A stretch of 64,000 nt of DNA from Macrostomum hystrix (lineage: Eukaryota > Animalia > Platyhelminthes): the NCBI GenBank assembly GCA_950097015.1, contig CATNEN010000039.1, positions 2,356,001-2,420,000 on the forward strand. Reading direction: 5' to 3'. Positions 46,601 through 56,816 of this stretch are shown here, in pieces. The notes under the pieces were generated by a model, which saw only the letters and a list, made by a program, of their open reading frames with translations, was not told the DNA's origin and did not search any database. The position numbers and the translations under genes are program-made. Positions within the stretch are counted from its first letter, which is position 1. Each line of letters opens with the position of its first letter.

Positions 46601-49600
46601 CTGGAGATTAAAATGGCTCAGCTGTCAATCCTGGATTATCCCAGCTGTCAATCCTAGATTATCCTAGCTGTCAATCCTGGATTATCCCAGATGTCAATCC
46701 TGGATTATCCCAGATGAAAATCCTGCATAATCCCAGATGTCAATCATGGATTATCCCAACAGTCAATCCTGAATTATCCCAGCTGTCAATCCTGGATTAT
46801 CCCAGCTGTCAATCCTAGATTATCCTAGCTGTCAATCCTGGATTATCCCAGATGCCAATCCTGGATTAACCCAGACGTCAATCCTGGATTATCCCAGATG
46901 AAAATCCTGCATAATCCCAGATGTCAATCATGGATTATCCCAACAGTCAATCCTGAATTATCCCAGCTGTCAATCCTGGATTATCCCAGATGTCAATCCT
47001 GGATTATCCCAGCTGTCAATCCTAGATTATCCCAGCTGTCAATCCTAGATTATCCCAGCTGTCAATCCTAGATTATCCCAGCTGTCAATCCCGGATTATC
47101 CCAGATGCCAATCCTGGATTAACCCAGACGTCAATCCTGGATTATCCCAGATGAAAATCCTGCATAATCCCAGATGTCAATCATGGATTATCCCAACAGT
47201 CAATCCTGAATTATCCCAGCTGTCAATCCTGGATTATCCCAGATGTCAATCCTGGCTTATCCCATATGTCAATCCTAGATTATCCCAGATGTCAATCCTG
47301 GATTATTCCAGATGTCAATCCTGGATTATCCCAGATGTCAATCCTAGATTACCCTATCTGTCAATCCTGGATGATCCCACCTGTTAATCCTGGATTAACC
47401 CAGATGTCAATCCTGGATTATCCCAGATATCAATCATGGATTATCCCAACAGTCAATCCTGAATTATCCCAGCTGTCAATCCTGGATTATCCCAGATGTC
47501 AATCCTGGATTATCCCATATGTCAATCCTGTTATATCCCATCCCTGTGCATACCTGTCGTGAACGCTCGGAGCCGCGCAGATCAAAGACATTATCAGTGG
47601 AGCCGGGATCGTCCCTGTACACGGTCTCAATCTCCAGCATGAACTTTTCCACAAACGGGCACTTGTAGCGCGTCTTAGTGTAGGGATAAGCGTTCCACGC
47701 CTCCTCCTCCACCCGCAATGCCGACTTTGGTAGGATTGCCCGAAACCAGGCTAAAATGTGTTTGTGATTACTTCAGGTCAGTCTAATAACAATAAAATAC
47801 TCGAATAACAATATTTAGTTAGTAAGACAATGTTCCACAACAAACACAATTAACAGATGACATTAACTTCTCCTAGAGTCACTCACCTGAACTCCCTCAG
47901 TCACTCACCTGAACTCCCTCAGTCACTCACCTGAACTCTCCCTCAGTCACTCATCTGAACTCTCCCTCAGTTACTCACCTGAACTCTCCCTCAGTCACTC
48001 ATCTGAACCCTCCCTCAGTTACTCACCTGAACTCTCCCTCAGTCACTCACCTGAACCCTCCCTCAGTCACTCACCTGAACCCTCCCTCAGTCACTCACCT
48101 GAACTCTCCCTCAGTCACTCACCTGATCTCTCCCTCAGTCACTCATCCGAACTCTCCCTCAGTCACTCACCTGAACCCTCCCTCAGTTACTCACCTGAAC
48201 CCTCCCTCAGTCACTCAAGTGAACTCACACAGTCACTCACCTGAACTCTCCCTCAGTCACTCTCCTGAACTCTCCCTCAGTCACTCTCCTGAACTCTCCC
48301 TCAGTTACTCACCTGAACCCTCCCTCAGTTACTCACCTGAACCCTCCCTCAGTTACTCACCTGAACCCTCCCTCAGTTACTCACCTGAACCCTCCCTCAG
48401 TCACTCAAGTGAACTCACACAGTCACTCACCTGAACCCTCCCTCAGTCACTCATCTGAACTCTCCCTCAGTTACTCATCTGAACCCTCCCTCAGTTACTC
48501 ACCTGAACCCTCCCTCAGTTACTCACCTGAACCCTCCCTCAGTTACTCACCTGAACCCTCCCTCAGTCACTCAAGTGAACTCACACAGTCACTCACCTGA
48601 ACCCTCCCTCAGTCACTCAAGTGAACTCACACAGTCACTCTCCTGAACTGAATGCAAACATAGCTGAAAATTCCAAGAGAAACACAATGAAATAATAAGC
48701 ACTCACACGGCAGGTGGCTGCCCACGTGATAGATCTTGAATGTGTACTGGCCTCGGCCGCTGGGTCCCGGCCCATTCTCGTACGGCTCATTCTTGATGAT
48801 CTCAACACCGGAGCCGGTGCCTGTGCTCTCTTCGCGTGACTTTTTCTGCGTGGAGGGGCCATGGAGGGACGTCGCATTGAGAACCGCGCGATTTGCTTAG
48901 CTAGATCGGACATGCTTTGTAGGCTGTGAGGTAAGGCTGTGGAGTAGTCTGGCGAGTAGGTTGGGGAGTAGGCTGGGGAGTAGGCTGTGGAGTAGACTCC
49001 ACAGTGGGGGCAGTAGGAAATTGGGGAAGCAGGGGGGAAGCAGTGTGGAAGCAGTGGGGAAGCAGTGGGGAAGCAGTGGGGAAGCAGTGGGGAAGCAGTG
49101 GGGAAGCAGTGGGGAAGCAGTGGGGAAGCAGTGTGGAAGCAGTGTGGAAGCAGTGTGGAAGCAGTGTGGAAGCAGTGTGGAAGCAGTGTGGAAGCAGTGT
49201 GGAAGCAGTGGGGAAGCAGTGTGGAAGCAGTGGGAAAGCAGTGGGGAAGCAGTGGGAAAGCAGTGGGGAAGCAGTGGGGAAGCAGTGGGGAAGCAGTGGG
49301 GAAGCAGTGGAGAAGCAGTGGGAGGCAATGGAAAGCAGTGAATGCAGGCAGTAGTGAAAATGGGGAGGCTGTTGATTCACAATCATTCACAATCATTGAT
49401 TCACACACTTATCCATTCACAGTTAGCGATTCACACGCTTATCTATTCACAGTTAGCGATTCACACACTTATCCATTAACAGTTAGCGATTCACACACTT
49501 ATCCATTCACAGTTAGCGATTCACACACTTATCCATTCACAGTTAGCGATTCACACACTTATCCATTCACAGTTAGCGATTCACACACTTATCCATTCAC

Positions 49601-51651
49601 ATTTAGCGATTCACACACTTATCCATTCACAGTTAGCGATTCACACGCTAATCCATTCACAATAATCGATTCACACACTTATCCATTCACAATAATCGAT
49701 TCACACACTTATCCATTCACAATCATCGATTCACACACTTATCCATTCACAGTTAGCGATTCACACACTTATCCATTCACAGTTAGCGATTCACACGCTA
49801 ATCCATTCACAATAATCGATTCACACACTTATCCATTCACAATAATCGATTCACACACTTATCCATTCACAATCATCGATTCACACACTTATCCATTCAC
49901 AATCAGCGATTCACACACTTATCCATTCACAGTTAGCGATTCACACACTTATCAATTTACAATGACCAACTTATACATTCATTCCCTAAAAATCATGAAT
50001 TTACAATAATTTACTCCCAACCAACAATTCACATATTCTAATTCATGCATAGACTGACACAAATTATTAGGTAAGTACTTCGATATATAATTCTGCATTG
50101 CAAAATCAGCTATTGCGTTGCGGTACACAGATGGACTTCAGAAGACACCTGAGGGAGGCCTCATGCACCCCTGCGGGGTGGGAATGCATAGAGCGGAAAA
50201 CTGCATCGAGGAACACATAAGACAGCAAGGGAGGGAAGCGAGACAGATAATCAATGAAAGAAATTCCCTAAACGGAGGCTTCTAGGAGGCCGCGGGTGGC
50301 AACTATTAGATGGGGAGTTGAAATCACGTGACATTGAGGCGGCATAGAAACGAGACATTGCCTTTTCCCTAATACCAATCCCGCACGAACCAATGGACAA
50401 TTTGCCGGCAGCAGCTAGGCCAGCTAAAAATAGAAGACCATGCAGCTTGCACTTTTATTATCGACTTCTTCTTGCTTGCATGCATCTCCTCAGAAGATAA
50501 GCGCATCTTTTGCAGAGGGTCTGGGAGCAGCAGCCGCTGATTAGGGGGTGTCACATTTCTTTGTCTCTGAGCTTGCTCTATAGCCTACTACAGCGATAGG
50601 AAAAGATGAAGCTCAAGATTATCGAGAGAGACGGGGGAGGAGAGAGACTGATAGCTCGCAGCGAGACCACGCCCTGACAGTCTCGGTCTCGCTGGTCGCC
50701 CATAAGCAAGTACGCTTGAGTGCGCACTAGATTAGCCGTTCCCAGCTCCAGGGAGAAATCAAAACAAAGGCCCTGGGCTTGTCATACTGTTTGACAGCTC
50801 TAGCCAGAGACTAGGGAGGCTGAGGGGTGCTAGGGAAGTCTATGCTATGGAAGTCTATGCTAGGGAAGTCTTTGCTATGGAAGTCTATGCTATGGAAGTC
50901 TATGCTATGGAAGTCTATGCTAGGGAAGTCTTTGCTATGGAAGTCTATGCTATGGAAGTCTATGCTAGGGAAGTCTATACTTGGGAAGTCTATGCTAGGG
51001 AAGTCTATGCTAGGGAAGTCTATACTTGGGAAGTCTATGCTAGGGAAGTCTATGCTAGGGAAGTCTATGCTATGGAAGTCTATGCTATGGAAGTCTATGC
51101 TATGGAAGTCTATGCTAGGGAAGTCTATGCTAGGGAAGTCTATACTTGGGAAGTCTATGCTAGGGAAGTCTATGCTAGGGAAGTCTATGCTAGGGAAGTC
51201 TATGCTATGGAAGTCTATGCTAGGGAAGTCTATGCTAGGGAAGTCTATGCTATGGAAGTCTATGCTAGGGAAGTCTATGCTAGGGAAGTCTATGCTAGGG
51301 AAGTCTATGCTAGGGAAGTCTATGCTAGGGAAGTCTATGCTATGGAAGTCTATGCTAGGGAAGTCTATACTTGGGAAGTCTATGCTAGGGTAGTCTATAC
51401 TTGGGAAGTCTATGCTAGGGAAGTCTATACTAGGGAAGTCTATACTCGGGAAGTCTATACTTGGGAAGTCTATGCTAGGGGAGTCTATGCTAGGGGAGTC
51501 TGATCGTTAACACAAGGAGGCCCAAGCAATACATGGCATCAGAATTTGTGCACATGCAGAGGTAGAGGCCAACCTGAATCATGTAGAGCTGGGCAATCCG
51601 GTACTCCTCCACCGACATTGGCATGCAGATGCGGTACTCCTTGATGTGCAT
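33977..51651 (-). CDS. rdgB/PITPNM: Membrane-associated phosphatidylinositol transfer protein, rdgB-alpha / PITPNM (Nir2/3), about 1300 aa: PITP-FFAT-DDHD-LNS2
   Basis: Exons 51651-51574 ([26 protein letters not shown]), 48845-48707, 47750-47554 ([15 protein letters not shown]), 46600-46196 ([17 protein letters not shown]), 45716-45578, [45195-45148], 43555-43086 ([15 protein letters not shown]; LVLHGG), 42939-42694, 42476-42038, [40845-40813], 38494-38177 (YNLFHTSDP), 36745-36511 (FHASYWES), 36215-36146, 36048-35932, 35252-34638 ([11 protein letters not shown]2), 34357-33977. All are GT-AG and phase-consistent; brackets mark optional microexons. Confidence 0.96.
34383..34637. repeat. (GACA)n microsatellite forming almost all of the last rdgB intron
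   Basis: Intron 34637-34358; the donor GTCTGT is the first repeat unit. Confidence 0.98.
35352..35878. repeat. Near-perfect 32-bp minisatellite (GGAGCATGGGATATTTTGGGAGATATCGTATT)n, about 16 copies
   Basis: Direct inspection; rdgB intron. Confidence 0.98.
36250..36476. repeat. 21-bp minisatellite (TGTCTAACAGGTTGCAGCTAC)n
   Basis: Direct inspection; rdgB intron. Confidence 0.97.
36847..37085 (-). mobile_element. tRNA-derived SINE-like element, copy 2
   Basis: Homologous to 13586-13785. Minus strand reads GGTTTGATTCC...TGTGTCCTTTAGCAAGACACTTAAC, a typical invertebrate SINE head/core context. Confidence 0.7.
37612..37880. repeat. 20-bp minisatellite (AAAAACTGAGGGGATGATTG)n, decaying rightwards
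   Basis: Direct inspection. Confidence 0.93.
38552..38892. repeat. 28-bp minisatellite (GATAACTGACAGCTGAGACAGGTGAGTG)n
   Basis: Direct inspection. Confidence 0.97.
39790..40520. repeat. 31-33-bp minisatellite with GGTGGGATTTCCCAAAA core
   Basis: Direct inspection; degenerate flanks. Confidence 0.94.
41284..41905. repeat. 25-bp minisatellite (GGGATTAGACAGTGAGATTAGG[T/A]TT)n
   Basis: Direct inspection; degenerate copies extend left to about 41000. Confidence 0.95.
42479..42610. repeat. 7-bp repeat (GGGAAAT/GAGAAAT)n abutting an rdgB acceptor
   Basis: On the sense (-) strand it reads (ATTTCCC)n up to the AG at 42478. Confidence 0.93.
43597..44325. repeat. 22-23-bp compound minisatellite (GGAGGACTAGGATTTCCCTGAT[C/T])n
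   Basis: Direct inspection. Confidence 0.95.
44582..44890. repeat. 16-bp minisatellite (CTAGAATCCCAAATAT)n with a duplicated 7-unit block
   Basis: Direct inspection. Confidence 0.95.
45432..45500 (-). mobile_element. Truncated copy of the same SINE-like family
   Basis: CAGTCCGTGGACTG...GATGCTGGTACTCCTTTTACAAATGGGTGA aligns by eye to copy 2. Confidence 0.55.
45788..46149. repeat. 20-22-bp minisatellite (CACACACCTGGTACCTAAA..)n
   Basis: Direct inspection; fills an rdgB intron. Confidence 0.96.
46619..47532. repeat. 23-bp minisatellite (GCTGTCAATCCTGGATTATCCCA)n
   Basis: Fills intron 46601-47553; contains the internal palindrome AATCC-T-GGATT. Confidence 0.97.
47877..48649. repeat. 24-bp minisatellite (CAGTCACTCACCTGAAC[T/C]CTCCCT)n
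   Basis: Direct inspection. Confidence 0.97.
49022..49340. repeat. 11-bp G-rich minisatellite (GAAGCAGTGGG)n
   Basis: Direct inspection. Confidence 0.96.
49373..49962. repeat. 30-bp minisatellite (TCACACACTTATCCATTCACAGTTAGCGAT)n
   Basis: Direct inspection. Confidence 0.97.
50828..51501. repeat. 15-bp minisatellite (AAGTCTATGCTAGGG)n
   Basis: Direct inspection; rdgB intron 1. Confidence 0.98.
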
Positions 51652-52227
51652 GCCTATTGTCTGTTGCCTGTCTAGAACTCAATTTGACGACTCAAACAGC
51701 GAAAATGCCAGCCTCTATTTGTCCGACTTCACGGCCAGAACTGAAATTTCCAGAGAGGCGGTAGTGGGAGAAAGAGCTGGATGGCGGCCGGGTTGGGGCG
51801 AACTGGGCGCCCTCTTCTACTTTCTACTTTCGCCTTTCCACTGAGTGCGCGGCGATGCGTTGCGGCCCGTTGGCTAAAAATAGCTCGCGGGTGGAGCTGG
51901 GAGGGGGCGGCCTGTCAGTCAGGCGGAGCGGGTAGGCCGTGAGACAGCGGGCTGTCCAATTGCGATGGAATAGGGACAGACTAGATTAACCAAATAATAC
52001 GAGATGCTGCATAGATAACGCCTGATGAAGGGATAGTTTGATAGTTAAAAATGCAAATTGCAATAGCTAGATAGATAGGACTAGGACTCACGCAAAACTA
52101 GAAAGCTCATACATATTATTTAATAAAATTTACATAAAAATTTGACTATATAACACTCAAATAGTCAAGACCTACTTCAGATAGATAGTTAAAAGTCACA
52201 CATACCTTTAATTTTGTCTAAGTGGCA

Positions 52228-53676
52228 AACCCACCAATCCTTCGGGGCTTCAGTCCCCAACCCCAAAAATCCTTCATGGCTTCAGTCCACAACCCACCAA
52301 TCCTTCATCGCTTCAGTCCACAACCCACCAATCCTTCAGGGCTTCAGTCCCCAACCCACCAATCCTTCATGGCTTCAGTCCACAACCCACTAATCCTTCA
52401 TGGCTTCAGTCCACAACCCACCAATCCTTCATCGCTTCAGTCCACAACCCACCAATCCTTCAGGGCTTCAGTCCACAACCCACCAATCCTTCATGGCTTC
52501 AGTCCCCAACCCACCAATCCTTCAGGGCTTCAGTCCACAACCCACCAATCATTCAGGGCTTCAGTCCCCAACCCACCAATCCTTCATGGCTTCAGTCGAC
52601 AACCCACCAATCCTTCATGGCTTCAGTCCACAACCCACCAATCCTTCAGGGCTTCAGTCCCCAACCCACCAATCCTTCAGGGCTTCAGTCCCCAACCCAC
52701 CAATCCTTCAGGGCTTCAGTCCCCAACCCACCAATCCTTCATCGCTTCAGTCCACAACCCACCAATCCTTCATGGCTTCAGTCCACAACCCACCAATCCT
52801 TCAGGGCTTCAGTCCACAACCCACCAATCATTCAGGGCTTCAGTCCCCAACCCACAAATCCTTCAGGGCTTCAGTCCACAACCCACCAATCCTTCAGGGC
52901 TTCAGTCCACAACCCACCAATCCTTCATGGCTTCAGTCGACAACCCACCAATCCTTCATGGCTTCAGTCCACAACCCACCAATCCTTCAGGGCTTCAGTC
53001 CCCAACCCACCAATCCTTCAGGGCTTCAGTCCCCAACCCACCAATCCTTCATGGCTTCAGTCCACAACCCACCAATCCTTCATGGCTTCAGTCCACCACC
53101 AATCCTTCAGGGCTTCAGTCCACAACCCACCAATTCTTCAGTCCCCCAACCCACCAATCCTTCAGGGCTTCAGTCCCCAACCCACCAATCCTTCATGGCT
53201 TCAGTCCCCAACCCACCAATCCTTCATGGCTTCAGTGCACAACCCACCAATCCTTCATGGCTTCAGTCCCCAACCCACCAATCCTTCATGGCTTCAGTCC
53301 ACAACCCACCAATCCTTCATGGCTTCAGTCCACCACCAATCCTTCAGGGCTTCAGTCCACAACCCACCAATTCTTCAGTCCCCCAACCCACCAATCCTTC
53401 AGTGCTTTAGTCCCAACCCACCAATCTTTCAGGGCTTCAGTCCCAACCCACCAATCCTTCAGGGCTTCAGTCCACAACCCACCAATCCTTCATGGCTTCA
53501 GTCGACAACCCACCAATCCTTCATGGCTTCAGTCCACAACCCACCAATCCTTCAGGGCTTCAGTCCCCAACCCACCAATCCTTCATGGCTTCAGTCCACA
53601 ACCCACCAATCCTTCATGGCTTCAGTCCACCACCAATCCTTCAGTGCTTTAGTCCCCAACCCACCAATCTTTCAGT
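52228..53676. repeat. 31-bp minisatellite (CAACCCACCAATCCTTCA[G/T]GGCTTCAGTCC[A/C])n
   Basis: Period 31 (52321 to 52352); lies between the rdgB and CPT1 start codons. Confidence 0.98.
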
Positions 53677-56600
53677 TCACTGCCCTATCCTAAAAATATT
53701 TAGTGCATTTCTGAGGAAAGAATATCATTTGAAAGCCAAGAATCAGCAATAAATCAGTGAGTGACTCGAAAATTACAAGCAGCGAGTGCTCTAGATGGAA
53801 TCGTGCAGTTCTATCATTGTCTTCTCAATAATAAAAATGCACTTTTTAGGTCATGTTTAGGTCTAGGCCTTGCTGGCGGTTTAGAAGCCCTGAAATGAGA
53901 TATTCAGAATCTCGTCCATTGGAGCTAGTTACTACACTGTTGCAAAGCCCCGCCTAAGATAGCATCATAAACATTGGAATGGGGGGCCACGCTCAGTGTG
54001 TGTTGCAGGGAGTGTAATGAGCATCTTATCATATGATCAACCATGGAGAGTTAGGTATGTTTAAAGGGCTTATATTTATTACCAGTTCAATAGAAAAGAT
54101 AAAAATCTTTACTTATAAGATATGATTAAAAACCCCACAAAAATTGTTAACTATGGAATGGTCTAACTTTATAGCTGTGTAAACTGGATAAGGCCAAAAA
54201 AGAGAAAAGGAGAATTTAATATAAAAACTTAACTTATTATTGGAGTTTGATAATGATCGCTGTCTTTGTTCTTCAGTAAATGAAACTATGGATACATTAT
54301 ACAAAAGTAGATACCAGTTTTACTAAAGAATTAGCTAATTTAGCTGTAACTTTATAAATAGTTAGACAGAAAATTAAGTGTATATATTTTAAGTAAAAGA
54401 AAATGATAAACTAATTGAAATTACCTATACTAAAATACAGGCATTGTTTTGACAAAGAACTTCCCTGTTCAATGCTTAACTTATTTTCTATAGGGGCCTA
54501 GCTAATTTGCAAACTGACTGTGAAAATGCCAATGCTGGTCTCATTAGAACATTTTACCACTAACTACTTGCTTTTTTATGCTGAAATAGCTAAAGGTCTC
54601 AGATTAGCTAAGGGCATATAGGCCAAGGGCTATTAGAAACTTTACTCAGCTAGCTAAAAAGGTAATAAAGAATTAACAAAGCAACAGCAAAGAGATTAGG
54701 CCTAGCCAGATTGTAAGCATTTAAAATAATTTTTAGAAAATTACAATAGCTGGAACTATCAAAGAAGCCCAGAATGTGTACATACAGTTTTCAATTTTTG
54801 TTGACTAAACAAGAATAAAGGATAGTCACTTGTCAACAAAATTGATTTTCAAAAAACTAGGAAAAATTTATAGACATTTCCTTTCATATTTTAAGCTCAT
54901 GTAGATCACGAATTACAGATTGACTAGTTAAGTTAAGTAGCTTGCGAAGCTAGCTAGTTGGTAAATAAAGGTTGCTAAATAAAAACGATACCTAGACACA
55001 CAACTACCAAATGGAATATAGTCCAAGGGTAAATTGCAGTGTTTATTTTAGAAAAAATAACTAGCATATGGTAGAGTGGGGACCTGACACACGAAAAAAA
55101 CATAACTTTTAAGTATAGTAGCATAAGTTCCGTAAAACGTCTATAAAGTGATAAAGTTCTGTAAAAAGCACAACCAAGTCTAATTTTAATAATTTGTTAT
55201 TTATAAATATATTTCGGACAAAAGTTATCATAATCCCTTAATAATTATGAATTTATTAAAACTGGCTGAAATATTTTCGTGATAGATAGAATTAGCTCTA
55301 AATTAAAAGTATCATAAGAAGACAACAACCAATTCTAAAGTTTAGCTTAACTTAAGTTAACTTAGCTAAAGTTAACTTAACTTTAGGCTGAATAGTTCAA
55401 AGACTGTTCATGGAAATAAGAAACTTGAAATAGCGCTTGAACGCAAATTACAACAAAGAGTAAATGTAAAATGTGGCTATGCAGACTATATCTAAAAAAA
55501 TTGAATAGCAGCCATCTTCATTAGCATTGGTAAAATAATGATGAGGCCACCATACTCATTTTCAAGTCCGGTCCCAGTCCCCCCAAAGTCGGACTGAACA
55601 GCAGCTTTGCTGCGCTTTGGGCGCCAATCAGGAGTTTGAAAATTTCGGGGGCCGGGGGCGGTCTATACCCCTTAGCCCCCTGTTGGATTTCATCCTCCAT
55701 ATATTGCATTTGTTTTCCAGTCTTTGAATTTCTCAGTTCAACCAGCTATTAAATCCATCTGTGTTCTTTTCTTTCTTCGTTATTTAATCTGCTATTTGTT
55801 TGGTCTATGGCCCTCGTTGCAGCCCTCTTAAACAGGTCTCCGGCAGCGAAGAGCGCGGATATCTCTTTTTCTATTCAAATACATGTCTTACTTATTGTCA
55901 TTCAACTTAGTTTATTGTCTATTATCGACACCCGCTTGATTGGCCCCTGAGATTAGATGCACCGTGCAAAAGCAGTTTTTGTTTTAAAGTGTGGTGTTTC
56001 AAATATCGCTCTTTTAAGTTTACAATTCAATGTCAATTACCTTTTGACATTGGGGTTCAATTGCCTTTAGGTAGAAGGCGCAGGTGCAGGTAGAAACCAT
56101 AAGTAGTCGAATTAGAGGTGTCTAGTTGTAGTTGCTTTAAGAGATGCATGAGCTCACGGCGCGTGCAAAACCAGTGAGTGTCTGTTAGGATTGTAAAAAT
56201 ACCTTAGTACGCCATTTCTTGTAAGAAAATAATGTCAGCAGTCACTAAGTCAGTTAGTGACGGGACATACAAAGTTATAATAGATAATGTTAACTAAATC
56301 ACTTCGTACATTCGATTTCCCGCGCTAGAGAAACATGAGTCTAAATTAAAGTATCTAAAAAACTTTGCCGCAACCGCGAAAGTCAAGCACCGCAAAGCAA
56401 CGTTTATCTATCAGCACCACACCCACAATTATAGTGTGCACTCCCGGAAAGATCAAGATTTCAATCTTTGAACTTTGCCCCCGGTCTAATTGGGGAGTAG
56501 CTCTCAGTGCGACCCGTTGTCATCAACCTGGTAGTCGCTGTCACGGCCTTGTACCGAATTCGGTTCTAACAAGATAAAGAGTAGTATTCGTATCTCAGCT

Positions 56601-56816
56601 GGACACAAGATATCGTGATCGTCTCAAGTGGTCACGCAGACAAGCTTTGAGATAAATTCATGCGCGTCGTTGATCGGGCGGCCAACTGGCACGAACTGGG
56701 ACGCGAAGAACGAACGCACCTAACACACCCACAAGGGCAAGTTGAGCAAGCCGCTATAACTCTGGGCCAAGGTCTTCACAAATTACAGTATTGATAGAAA
56801 ACGGTAGCTTGCAGTC

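Noticed and set aside
50369-50554. Possible alternative first exon of rdgB in intron 1
   Set aside because: I could not find a convincing in-phase donor or any homology.
52222-53752. Pro/Ser/Thr-rich mucin-like ORFs
   Set aside because: A 31-bp (non-3n) array cycling through all frames; artefact.
54814-54828. 15-bp match (AATAAAGGATAGTCA) to the 33-mer unit at 14646
   Set aside because: A single short AT-rich match with no flanking similarity; it cannot be told from chance.
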